Shown here piece by piece: positions 25,491 to 34,792 of a stretch of DNA of 64,000 nt. The stretch's first letter is position 1, and the number at the start of each line of letters is the position of its first letter. Under the pieces are notes generated by a model. That model ran no database searches and had not been told where the DNA came from. It saw only the letters and a program-made list of their open reading frames with translations. The DNA is from Patescibacteria group bacterium (GTDB taxonomy: Bacteria; Patescibacteriota; Minisyncoccia; Phycocordibacterales; UBA9973): assembly GCA_028865035.1 (NCBI GenBank), contig JAGWLB010000001.1, forward strand, positions 99,668-163,667, read 5' to 3'. The position numbers and the translations under genes are program-made.

Positions 25491-28196
25491 ATGAAAAAAA
25501 ATACATTTAAAAAATTAATCGTTTTATCCATTTTTAGCTTTATATTACTCGGGCAAAATTTTGTATTTGCTAGCACTACTACTGATACACAACCATCAAC
25601 ACCTGTAGTTACCGACACCACCGCTCCAGTCATCACTCTTGTGGGAAATGCAAATGTTACTATCAACGTCGGTGATACTTATAAAGATGCAGGAGCAACA
25701 GCATTAGACGATACTGATGGAGACATAACATCGTCTATTGTCACAAAAAATAATGTTGATACAACAAAAGCTGGAACTTATACTGTTACTTACGATGTAA
25801 AAGACAAGGCGGGGAATAGTGCTACTACTGTGATTCGTAATGTTAACGTCGTTAATATTCCAACATTAAAAAGTATTGCAATAACTACTCCTGCTACAAA
25901 ACTATCTTTTGTAATTGGTGATCCACTTAATATTGATGGATTGGTAGTGACAGGAACATATGATGACGGTAGTGCTAAGGTTGAAACTATCACAACTAAT
26001 AACATTACTGGTTTTGATAGTTCAAAAATCGCTACCAATCAAGTTTTAACCATTACTATTGGGGGAGAAACAACAACGTATGCAGTGAATATTATTCCAG
26101 CTCCGGTGACTATCAATTTAAAGATTTATGCGGGGAATACTGTGCTATTCGATGGACCTGAGACGGTTACAGCATGCGTAGAATCACCTGCAGTTGATGC
26201 TCCTATTACAGTGAACGGTAAATGTGCCATAGAACAATCCAAATTATCAAATACTTGGACATGGAAATATTCACCAAGTGGATGGTTAGATGAACTCGGT
26301 GGCTATACAACAACTTCTGACTTCTCAAAATACTGGAGCTGGTTTAATAATCTTACACCAGGCACAACTGGTCTTAACCAACACTTACTTTCTACCGGAG
26401 AGGAACTTCTTCTAACTTACAATTCTTACCCACTTCGTATATCAGCCTCAAAAAATTCTGGAGCAATAGGGGATACAGTAGTGTTTACAGCTGAAGAAGA
26501 AAGTACTTTTGATTCAAACTATAATCTGGTTTGGACAAAATCAAAAGGAGTGACTGTTACATTAGGAACTCAATCTTGCGCAACTATCGCTGATGGGACT
26601 TGTTCAATTATTTTAAATACATCTGGTTCACTAAACGCAATCGGGACTAAAGATTTATATGTCCCGACTGACCCTGTTAAAATAGAAGTTTCAAATGCTG
26701 ACACCACCGCTCCAGTCATCACTCTTGTGGGAAATGTAAATGTTACTATCAATGTCGGTGATACTTATAAAGATGCAGGATCAACAGCATTAGACGATAC
26801 TGATGGAGACATAACATCGTCTATTGTCACAAAAAATAATGTTGATACCACAAAAGCTGGAACTTATACTGTTACTTACGATGTGAAAGACAAGGCGGGG
26901 AATAGTGCTAAAGAAGTGGTACGATCTGTAACCACTATAAATCCTGTAATAAGTAGTGGTGGCGGTGGAGTAATCGTTGTATCAAAATCATTCTCTATCC
27001 CAAATGCAATTTCTTTCCTTGCCAAGAATGAAAAGCCAGATGGTTCATTCGGTAACATCCTTTATACTGACTGGGTAGCTTTAGCTGTTGCGACGTCACC
27101 AGAAGGAGCAAGTATTAAATCAAAAGTCTCAGATTTCTTAAAAAATAACCCTCTGACTTCAACTATAGCAACCGATAACGAACGTCATGCTATGGCACTT
27201 ATGTCTCTTGGTATTAATCCATATTCTGGAACAAGCGTAGACTATATTAAGAAAATTACTGATAGTTTTGATGGCACACAGATAGGTGATAGTACTCTGC
27301 TCAATGATGATATTTTTGCTTTAATTGTCCTTTCAAAAGCTGGATACACTAGCAGCGATAGTATTATCTCAAAAGATGTAAATTATTTAATTTCTAAACA
27401 GTCACCAGATGGTTCATGGAGTGATACTGATTTAACTTCAGCTGCTGTTCAAGCATTAAATAATTTTAAAGATATAGACGGAGTGCAGTCTTCTGTCTCA
27501 AATGCTTTAAATTATTTGTCAAAAGCCCAAGGGTCTGATGGTGGGTTTGGGAACTCATTTTCTACTAGCTGGGCGCTGCAAGCTTTTTCTACAAATACTT
27601 CTGCTTATAACTCAGAAATTGTTAAAGCAGACAAATATCTAGCATTACAGCAGCAAAGTGATGGTGGAGTTGATGACGTTACTAATCTTGTGGATAGCCG
27701 TGTTTGGTCTACCTCATATGCCATACCAGCAGCCCTTCATTTGTCATGGAATAATATTTTACAGTCTTTTAGTAAGCCTGTAGTAACATCACAAGTATTC
27801 AGTGGGAATATTTCATCGACTATCAGTAATAACAGTATGCCAATTGTCAGTACATCTATTATACCTGCTAGCGTTAATACACCTTTACCTGTTGCAAATA
27901 ATATTAAAACTGATAGTAATACTCCAATAGCATCTAAAGAAAAAACAAATAATAATAGTGTTATTAAAGTTTCTCCAGAAAAACCGATCATAATATCTAA
28001 AATAACAAAAATTGCAATTAAAAAACCAACCAATCTTATAATTGCAAAACAACCCGTAAAAGATAATAATACAGCCCTTACGGCAAGTGCTGCTAATGCT
28101 TCTTCTTCTGAAAGTTTACCTTATAGAGTTATAAAAAATATTATCTATACTATCGAAGCTCCCTTTATATGGCTTTTCGTACACTTAGGATTTTGA
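25491..28196 (+). CDS. 901-aa surface protein: signal peptide, two DUF5011-like Ig domains, central prenyltransferase/terpene-cyclase-like alpha-alpha toroid repeats, Ser/Thr-rich stalk, C-terminal hydrophobic anchor
   Basis: Ig: DAGATALDDTDGDITSSIVTKNNVDTTKAGTYTVTYDVKDKAGNSA, present twice. Toroid repeats: DGSFGNILYTDWVALAV, DGSWSDTDLTSAAVQAL, DGGFGNSFSTSWALQAF, DGGVDD... Confidence 0.55.
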   Translation: MKKNTFKKLIVLSIFSFILLGQNFVFASTTTDTQPSTPVVTDTTAPVITLVGNANVTINVGDTYKDAGATALDDTDGDITSSIVTKNNVDTTKAGTYTVTYDVKDKAGNSATTVIRNVNVVNIPTLKSIAITTPATKLSFVIGDPLNIDGLVVTGTYDDGSAKVETITTNNITGFDSSKIATNQVLTITIGGETTTYAVNIIPAPVTINLKIYAGNTVLFDGPETVTACVESPAVDAPITVNGKCAIEQSKLSNTWTWKYSPSGWLDELGGYTTTSDFSKYWSWFNNLTPGTTGLNQHLLSTGEELLLTYNSYPLRISASKNSGAIGDTVVFTAEEESTFDSNYNLVWTKSKGVTVTLGTQSCATIADGTCSIILNTSGSLNAIGTKDLYVPTDPVKIEVSNADTTAPVITLVGNVNVTINVGDTYKDAGSTALDDTDGDITSSIVTKNNVDTTKAGTYTVTYDVKDKAGNSAKEVVRSVTTINPVISSGGGGVIVVSKSFSIPNAISFLAKNEKPDGSFGNILYTDWVALAVATSPEGASIKSKVSDFLKNNPLTSTIATDNERHAMALMSLGINPYSGTSVDYIKKITDSFDGTQIGDSTLLNDDIFALIVLSKAGYTSSDSIISKDVNYLISKQSPDGSWSDTDLTSAAVQALNNFKDIDGVQSSVSNALNYLSKAQGSDGGFGNSFSTSWALQAFSTNTSAYNSEIVKADKYLALQQQSDGGVDDVTNLVDSRVWSTSYAIPAALHLSWNNILQSFSKPVVTSQVFSGNISSTISNNSMPIVSTSIIPASVNTPLPVANNIKTDSNTPIASKEKTNNNSVIKVSPEKPIIISKITKIAIKKPTNLIIAKQPVKDNNTALTASAANASSSESLPYRVIKNIIYTIEAPFIWLFVHLGF
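25611..25850 (+). repeat. Intragenic near-identical ~235-bp duplication, copy 1 (encodes DUF5011-like domain 1)
   Basis: About 98% identical to 26700-26935; the differences are C>T, G>T, A>C, A>G. Confidence 0.8.
26700..26935 (+). repeat. Intragenic near-identical ~235-bp duplication, copy 2
   Basis: See copy 1. Confidence 0.8.
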
Positions 28197-28209
28197 TATA
28201 ATATGGGCT

Positions 28210-28773
28210 ATGAAAACAAAATTTATAATCTTTGTAATTGCCGTTATTTTGCTCATTGGTGGTCTAGGTTTTTTAGTCAACAAGAGCCAAGGTCCTGGAA
28301 AGTTAGATGATTTTGCAAAAGCTCTCAAGTCTAACGACGCTGTATTTTATGGCGCTTTTTGGTGTCCACATTGTATGGAACAAAAAACATTATTTAGTAA
28401 TTCAAAAAAATATTTGCCTTATGTTGAATGTTCTAACCCTGATCAATCAATGAATAAAACTTGTACAGATGCAAAAGTTGAAAGTTATCCTACTTGGATG
28501 TTCAAAGATGGCATAACTATTACATCAAAAGATAATCCTACTGTATGTCAGGTAAAACCTGGAGTTGCAGGTGAACCAGCTATATGTGCTCAAGTCTCGT
28601 CGCAGTATTATAAAACGTGGCTTTTCCCAGGATATCAATTCTCTATAAAAAGCCCCACCGATCCAGTGAAAACTGGTGATGTTTGGAAATTTGAAAAAGG
28701 AGCTCAGACTCAAGGGGTGCTACCGCTTGAATTCTTAGCTCAAGAGATAGGTTATACCAATCTACCAAAATAA
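28210..28773 (+). CDS. Membrane-anchored thioredoxin-fold thiol:disulfide oxidoreductase (DsbA/BdbD-like)
   Basis: FYGAFWCPHCMEQK CxxC motif after an N-terminal TM helix. Confidence 0.65.
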   Translation: MKTKFIIFVIAVILLIGGLGFLVNKSQGPGKLDDFAKALKSNDAVFYGAFWCPHCMEQKTLFSNSKKYLPYVECSNPDQSMNKTCTDAKVESYPTWMFKDGITITSKDNPTVCQVKPGVAGEPAICAQVSSQYYKTWLFPGYQFSIKSPTDPVKTGDVWKFEKGAQTQGVLPLEFLAQEIGYTNLPK

Positions 28774-28774
28774 T

Positions 28775-29320
28775 ATGCCCGCATACATTGAAACATTTAA
28801 TCAAATTCTTTCACTAGGAACGATATTTCTACAAATTATTGTTTTGATTATAGTTATAAATTTGATTTTTTTCCGTACCAAAGAAAATCCTATTCTTATC
28901 TCTTTTAAAAAATATACTTTTTACTTAGGTTTCATTATTGCCTTAGGTGGAGTTGCTCTGAGTCTTTTTTATTCGCAAGTGATAGGTTTTCCTCCCTGTG
29001 AGCTTTGTTGGATAGAACGTATATTCATATACCCACAAGCTATCTTGTTTGGTATGGAGCTATACAAGCGCGATCAGACTATGGTGGATTTCAGTATTGC
29101 TCTTGCTATCTTCGGGTCATTTGTATCTTTGTATCATATATATATAGAGCACGGAGGATCTTCTTCTCTTGCTTGCGCTGTCGGTGGTAGCGCTTCAGTA
29201 TCGTGTGCTACTTTATATGTTTATGAATTCACATATGTCACCATACCTGTAATGGCTCTAACAGTTTCTGTATTTATTTTGTCACTACTTATAAATTATA
29301 AATATATATCAAAGAAATAA
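28775..29320 (+). CDS. Disulfide bond formation protein B (DsbB/BdbC family)
   Basis: PPCELCWIERIFIYPQAIL parallels BdbC PCELCWYQRI; 4 TM helices; second Cys pair CAVGGSASVSC. Confidence 0.65.
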   Translation: MPAYIETFNQILSLGTIFLQIIVLIIVINLIFFRTKENPILISFKKYTFYLGFIIALGGVALSLFYSQVIGFPPCELCWIERIFIYPQAILFGMELYKRDQTMVDFSIALAIFGSFVSLYHIYIEHGGSSSLACAVGGSASVSCATLYVYEFTYVTIPVMALTVSVFILSLLINYKYISKK

Positions 29321-29380
29321 TTTTCTTGAAGAAGAATATAATTATTTAACCTAATAACTTGTTATTAACAGGAAGTGATG

Positions 29381-29389
29381 TGATATAAT
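29381..29389 (+). promoter_or_regulatory. Extended -10 promoter (TGaTATAAT) 6 nt upstream of the pilB ATG, implying a leaderless transcript
   Basis: TATAAT at 29384-29389, ATG at 29396. Confidence 0.45.
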
Positions 29390-29395
29390 ATCTTT

Positions 29396-31153
29396 ATGCA
29401 TCTCGATGAGAAAAGTATCATAGATCTATTAAATAGTTCAGGGCTAGTCAGTAAAACTGATGTAGCTATGGCTCAAAAGAAAGCTAAAGAAAAAGGTCAA
29501 TCTATTGGCCTAGTTTTAGTTAGTGAAGGTAAGCTTACAGAAAAAGATTGGAACAGTATGCAAGCCGTTTCACTAGGTATTCCATTTGTTAGCTTGAAGG
29601 GTGAGAAGATTGATCCTAGTGTCCTATCTCTGATACCAGAACCGATTGCTCGTAACAGTAATATAATTGCTTATAAAAAAAGCAAAGCAGGCCTAGAAGT
29701 TGCGATGCTCGACGTAGATAATTTATCGGTTATAGATTTTATAAAGAAAAAAGTTGGGCTTAAGATTTTACCGCGCCTAACAAGCTCAGATTCAATAAAG
29801 GAAGCCTTAACACAATACAAGAAAAGTTTGCAAGCTGACTTTGAAGATATCATCAAAAAAGAAAGCGCTTCGATAAAAACTATTTTAAAAAATGATAACT
29901 CTAGTGAAGAAAAGTCAGAAAAAGAACTTAAAGAATTAGCAGAAGATTTACCAATAGTAAAGATAGTAGATACTCTTATCTCTCATGCCATTTCTCAAGG
30001 AGCATCTGATGTACATATAGAGCCTGAAGAGGATTCACTAATTGTTCGTTATCGCATTGATGGTATTTTGCACGATGCGATGGTTTTACCCAAAGACACT
30101 GCACCAGGAATAGTGGCTCGTATAAAAGTTTTGTCAAATCTAAAATTAGACGAAAAACGTCTCCCTCAAGACGGACGTTTCAAAATTGAAGGAGAAGACG
30201 GTAATGTATCATTTCGTGTTTCGACTCTGCCTACGTATTATGGAGAAAAAACAGTGATACGTATTTTAAGAGAAAACTCTAAAGGTTTTTCCCTAGAGAC
30301 TCTAGGCTTTCACGGTAATGCACTAGAACTTATACATGAAGGTATGAAGCAAAGAAGTGGTATGTTGCTTTGTGCGGGTCCTACGGGTTCGGGTAAAACT
30401 ACAACTTTGTATACAATGCTCGATATTTTAAATACTCCAGAAGTAAATATTTCCACTGTTGAAGACCCTATAGAATATCAAATGGCACGTATAAACCAAA
30501 CACAAACAAAAGCAGAAATAGGTTTAACTTTTGCAAATGGTTTGCGTACACTGCTTCGTCAAGATCCGGATATTATAATGGTAGGGGAGATTCGTGACGG
30601 GGAGACAGCTTCACTTGCAGTCAACGCTAGTCTTACTGGCCACTTAGTACTATCAACCATCCACACGAATTCCGCTGCTGGAGCTATTCCCCGTATGATA
30701 GATATGGGAGTCGAACCATTTTTAATTGTTTCTACAGTTAAAACCATTATTGCTCAGCGCTTAGTTAGAATTCTTGATGATAATAAGGAAAAATATTTCT
30801 TAGACGATGCTGAAAAAAAAGCTCTAGAAAAAGTTGCAAATCTCGATCTTGTTCTTGAAAGATTGAAAAGTGAAAAGATTGTTGATCCAAATGCTACTTG
30901 GAAAACTATACCATTATACAAACCTGTAACAAGTAAAGAATCAGAGAGTGGTTATAAAGGACGGTTAGGTATTCACGAAGTTTTAAAAGTTACACCGACT
31001 CTTAAAGATATGATTCTAAAAGGATCATCAACGGATGAGATTGAAGCCAGAGCAAAAGAAGAGGGTATGATGACAATGCTCGAAGATGGTATTTTCTTTG
31101 CCTGCAAGGGTTTGACTTCGACAGAAGAGGTTCTTCGTGTTGTTTCTGAATAA
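29396..31153 (+). CDS. pilB: Type IV pilus assembly ATPase PilB (GspE family)
   Basis: N-terminal GSPII_E_N-like domain; Walker A LLCAGPTGSGKTTTLY; GspE His box. Confidence 0.85.
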   Translation: MHLDEKSIIDLLNSSGLVSKTDVAMAQKKAKEKGQSIGLVLVSEGKLTEKDWNSMQAVSLGIPFVSLKGEKIDPSVLSLIPEPIARNSNIIAYKKSKAGLEVAMLDVDNLSVIDFIKKKVGLKILPRLTSSDSIKEALTQYKKSLQADFEDIIKKESASIKTILKNDNSSEEKSEKELKELAEDLPIVKIVDTLISHAISQGASDVHIEPEEDSLIVRYRIDGILHDAMVLPKDTAPGIVARIKVLSNLKLDEKRLPQDGRFKIEGEDGNVSFRVSTLPTYYGEKTVIRILRENSKGFSLETLGFHGNALELIHEGMKQRSGMLLCAGPTGSGKTTTLYTMLDILNTPEVNISTVEDPIEYQMARINQTQTKAEIGLTFANGLRTLLRQDPDIIMVGEIRDGETASLAVNASLTGHLVLSTIHTNSAAGAIPRMIDMGVEPFLIVSTVKTIIAQRLVRILDDNKEKYFLDDAEKKALEKVANLDLVLERLKSEKIVDPNATWKTIPLYKPVTSKESESGYKGRLGIHEVLKVTPTLKDMILKGSSTDEIEARAKEEGMMTMLEDGIFFACKGLTSTEEVLRVVSE

Positions 31154-31177
31154 ATTTAGCAAAACATATGATTTTAA

Positions 31178-32392
31178 ATGAAATTTAAATACAAAGTACA
31201 AAAAAATGGTGGCGGGGTTCTTGAAGGTTATAAAGAAGCCCCAGATAAGTTTTCACTAGCTCGTGATCTAAGAGAGCAAGGTGATACTCCTATATATATT
31301 GAGGAATCTGGAACTAAAGAAAAAACCTCCATTTTAAAAATGAATTTTTTTGGAAGGGTTTCACTCTCAGAGAAAATAATATTTACAAACAATTTGAGTG
31401 GAATGCTAACTGCAGGTTTGCCGCTCACAAGAGCATTGTTAGTTCTTCAAAAACAAAACAAAAATCAGACTTTTAATAAAATTCTGAATAGCCTTATAGA
31501 TGATATTAATAGTGGAAATACTCTATCAGATGGTATGAGTAAGTATCCGAAGGTATTCTCTAGTCTTTTTGTTTCTATGGTTCATGCAGGTGAAGAATCA
31601 GGAAGTTTACCAAAATCTTTATCAGAAGTCGGTCTTAATTTAAAGAAGGCATATGATTTGAGTAAAAAGGTTAAAAGTGCATTAATCTACCCAGTAATAA
31701 TTCTCTGCGCAATTATTTTGATTGGTGTTTTAATGATGATCTTCGTTGTCCCTACTCTTACTAAAACATTCAAAGATATGGGAGCTGATTTACCAGCTTC
31801 AACTAAATTCATTATTTGGTTGTCAGATACTGTTAGTAACCATACAATATTATTTTTATTATTCTTACTATCGATTGCTGCCGCTATCATTCTATTTGTA
31901 AAGTTACGGGCAACACAAAAATATCTTGATTATTTGATCTTACGAGTACCTGTTGTAAATAATATATCTAAGGAAGTGAATACCGCCCGCACCGCTCGCA
32001 CGTTATCCTCACTGCTATCATCAGGAGTAGATATGTCTAGAGCTTTGACCATCACAAAAGAAGTTGTGCAAAATATTTATTACAAAAAATTAATTTCACA
32101 AGCCATTACTTCCATAGAAAAAGGTAGCCCTCTGTCTGCTTCCTTTAAAGACAATACACAACTTTATCCTGTTATGATGGGAGAAATGATCGAAGTAGGC
32201 GAAGAAACAGGTAATCTATCTAAAATGTTATTAGATATCGCTAACTTCTATGAATCCGAAGTTGATAATAAAACAAAAGACTTATCGGTTATTATCGAGC
32301 CAGTCTTAATGCTTTTAATAGGCGGAGCCGTCGGATTTTTTGCTGTATCTATGATTTCCCCGATATACTCTGTGATGAGTAATATTAAATAG
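31178..32392 (+). CDS. pilC: Type IV pilus platform protein PilC (GspF family)
   Basis: Two T2SS-F repeats, 3 TM helices, ~400 aa, directly after pilB. Confidence 0.8.
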   Translation: MKFKYKVQKNGGGVLEGYKEAPDKFSLARDLREQGDTPIYIEESGTKEKTSILKMNFFGRVSLSEKIIFTNNLSGMLTAGLPLTRALLVLQKQNKNQTFNKILNSLIDDINSGNTLSDGMSKYPKVFSSLFVSMVHAGEESGSLPKSLSEVGLNLKKAYDLSKKVKSALIYPVIILCAIILIGVLMMIFVVPTLTKTFKDMGADLPASTKFIIWLSDTVSNHTILFLLFLLSIAAAIILFVKLRATQKYLDYLILRVPVVNNISKEVNTARTARTLSSLLSSGVDMSRALTITKEVVQNIYYKKLISQAITSIEKGSPLSASFKDNTQLYPVMMGEMIEVGEETGNLSKMLLDIANFYESEVDNKTKDLSVIIEPVLMLLIGGAVGFFAVSMISPIYSVMSNIK

Positions 32393-32743
32393 TTATATAT
32401 TTTTCCTTTTTTTATAATAAATTGTAAAAATTATTGTAATTAAGAGAAAACCAATTACAAACCATTTTATATAGAAAGATGTTTTATTTTGGGTTTGATT
32501 TGTTGTTTTGTCTACAACGGTTAAAGGTACTTCTTCGCTTTGAGGTTGGCTGACATCTATCGGTAGGTTCGTATTCACACTTGAATTTATATTTCCAGAT
32601 AAATTTGGATGTGCATTCTCTGGTATCGGCTGTGACGACTTACTGTTTGGGAAAATTGCTTTTTTGAGCGCATAGGCAGGAGAAGCATAAATAGAAATTA
32701 TGGCTATTAGTATTACTATTGGAATGTATATTTTATTTTTCAT
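32393..32743 (-). CDS. Small bitopic protein at the distal end of the pilin operon
   Basis: Signal/TM helix at the N-terminus and TM helix at the C-terminus; 116 aa. Confidence 0.35.
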   Translation of the reverse strand: MKNKIYIPIVILIAIISIYASPAYALKKAIFPNSKSSQPIPENAHPNLSGNINSSVNTNLPIDVSQPQSEEVPLTVVDKTTNQTQNKTSFYIKWFVIGFLLITIIFTIYYKKRKNI

Positions 32744-32745
32744 AT

Positions 32746-34146
32746 TTATTTATCACTAGTCCAGCTTAATTGTCTATACCCCATAGAAGAAAGAGGGAAG
32801 CTGGGAGGCGGGGCAAACATAAGATTTATATCATAGGTGTCTGTAGTGGTTGTGTACCCAGAAATATTGTTGTTGTAATTATCTACCCAAGTCCAAGTCC
32901 ATTGCCCAAAAGTCATAATAGATCCATATATGGATATATTATTTTTAATTGGAGGGTTGTTTTTGTAGTAGAAAAATTGTGCACTACCATTTTGAGCAAT
33001 TAAGGCAGCGTCTATTTCTAGGTTAGACGGTGCTCCGTAAGTAACAACAATATCTTTCTGAGATAAAAGCCCTAAAACGTCTGAACCATCTTTCGCTTTA
33101 TATAATATATTATTAGGAATATATATAGTTGGAGCAGTAGATGATGAGTAAGGTAGTTTCGCAGCTGCTAACATCACCCTGCCACTAACAGTGCCTTCTA
33201 CCCATACTTTATCCTCAATATATATTATTCCGTTGCTTGGAATAGGTACGGTGTACTGTAAACTTCTGTTTTTATAATCTATATATTCATTATGAGCTAC
33301 ATCATTAACATCCCATCCAGTAGGAGTTCTGTTTAAGGATGTAACTTTATAAACCGAAACAGTTCCGTCGCTATTAAATACCAAAGAGTAACCATTAGTA
33401 TTTGAAGGGGGCAAATAAATACCACCAGAAAGAGCGAGAGTTTTCATATTTGCAAGATTAGAAGTTAAAGATGAGAAATCAACTGCTGGCACAGGGAATT
33501 GCCAAAAATTCTTAACTGCCTGACTTGCGTTGCCCCAGACTCCATTCTCGGTATGCGGACAGGGATTACCTTGAGAGGTTGGGCAAGTATAAGTTGATTT
33601 TGCCGAACCAATAGGAGCATTACCAGTGCCATCAAAACGAATACCGCCATTTGATTGCATCTGACCATTAATAGTTTCATCGGGACCAATCCAGATAACA
33701 TCATTACTTAAGAATGAATATAAGGCGAGTGATGGTATGCCGTATCTTGCGGTAATTGTTCTTTTCACTGTTGGATTCGCGGTTGTCCAACCCGTTGACT
33801 GTATTGTGACAATAGTTGATCCATTAGTTGGAGGAGTTATAACTAGACTGTATTGACCTATTATTTTTTGACTGTCAAAGTCAGTGTAATCGTGAATATA
33901 CGGACCACTAGTATTTGTGCCGTCTTGATAATCTGTCGGGAAGTGAGCTAGATGCCATTGATAATAATTAATACCTGCTTCAGCGATCTGCAATGCTTGC
34001 TCTCTGTTTACTGTTGATCCTATAACTTTAGTTTCTATAACAGCCCAATTAATTATAGGCATCATTGTAACTGAAAAAATAAAAATAATAAAAAGCAATA
34101 GCAATATTATGTCACCCTTATTCGTTTTTCTATTTTTTAAAATCAT
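32746..34146 (-). CDS. Large pilus-associated protein (PilX/minor-pilin-like N-terminal helix), 466 aa
   Basis: N-terminal hydrophobic helix then a Ser/Thr/Asn-rich beta domain; translationally coupled (TAATG overlap) to the upstream pseudopilin. Confidence 0.4.
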   Translation of the reverse strand: MILKNRKTNKGDIILLLLFIIFIFSVTMMPIINWAVIETKVIGSTVNREQALQIAEAGINYYQWHLAHFPTDYQDGTNTSGPYIHDYTDFDSQKIIGQYSLVITPPTNGSTIVTIQSTGWTTANPTVKRTITARYGIPSLALYSFLSNDVIWIGPDETINGQMQSNGGIRFDGTGNAPIGSAKSTYTCPTSQGNPCPHTENGVWGNASQAVKNFWQFPVPAVDFSSLTSNLANMKTLALSGGIYLPPSNTNGYSLVFNSDGTVSVYKVTSLNRTPTGWDVNDVAHNEYIDYKNRSLQYTVPIPSNGIIYIEDKVWVEGTVSGRVMLAAAKLPYSSSTAPTIYIPNNILYKAKDGSDVLGLLSQKDIVVTYGAPSNLEIDAALIAQNGSAQFFYYKNNPPIKNNISIYGSIMTFGQWTWTWVDNYNNNISGYTTTTDTYDINLMFAPPPSFPLSSMGYRQLSWTSDK

Positions 34147-34781
34147 TAATTTCCTAAATTTGTTTTTAAATTTCTCATAGCAGCACCAGCATTTATAGTA
34201 GTAGTATTAGTCGAGTTTAATGTATCTTGTTTTAATACTATAAGATTAATTTTAACGAATTTTATTTGATTTATGTTAACAGGTTGAGCAAGTGGATTAG
34301 TACTTCCATCATAGTTGCCATCATAGTAATAAAATAATGGATTAGTACCCAAAGATAAACTTGAGAAAATCGGTGTAATTATTTCATTGTTTGTATTATA
34401 TGACAGAGGACTACCTGTTGGGTCTGTAATACCTTTATATAGTATACCATTCGACATATAGTATCGAACTCTTGATACTGTACCATTACCATCAGGTGCT
34501 GTTGAGAAGAATACGATCTGAGTATCATCTGCTTGATTAATAGGATATGCACCGTTTACTCCGTATTCACAGTTACGGATTTCATTTACAAAGTTAGCAG
34601 CAATTCTTCTGGCTTGGTCTGTGTTACTGATACCTTTAGATTGCTGTCTACTATTCGTAAGAATATCTTTAAGCATTAGCGTAGTGCCTAACATAAGAAT
34701 TCCAAAAATAAAGATTGTTACTATTGTCTCAATAAGAGTAAAGCCAGATTTATTATTTTTTATTTTTATAAAATAATTCAT
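34146..34781 (-). CDS. Type IV pilin / pseudopilin with a prepilin-type N-terminal cleavage-methylation domain
   Basis: KSG|FTLIETIVTIFIFGILML class III signal (G-F cleavage site, E at +5). Confidence 0.75.
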   Translation of the reverse strand: MNYFIKIKNNKSGFTLIETIVTIFIFGILMLGTTLMLKDILTNSRQQSKGISNTDQARRIAANFVNEIRNCEYGVNGAYPINQADDTQIVFFSTAPDGNGTVSRVRYYMSNGILYKGITDPTGSPLSYNTNNEIITPIFSSLSLGTNPLFYYYDGNYDGSTNPLAQPVNINQIKFVKINLIVLKQDTLNSTNTTTINAGAAMRNLKTNLGN

Positions 34782-34792
34782 TATATTTTGAT

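Noticed and set aside
25611-26935. Possible DGR template/variable repeat pair (two near-identical 235-bp segments in one surface-protein gene)
   Set aside because: The five mismatches are C>T, C>T, G>T, A>C and A>G, not adenine-specific. No reverse transcriptase or Avd-like gene nearby. Both copies are coding Ig-like domains.
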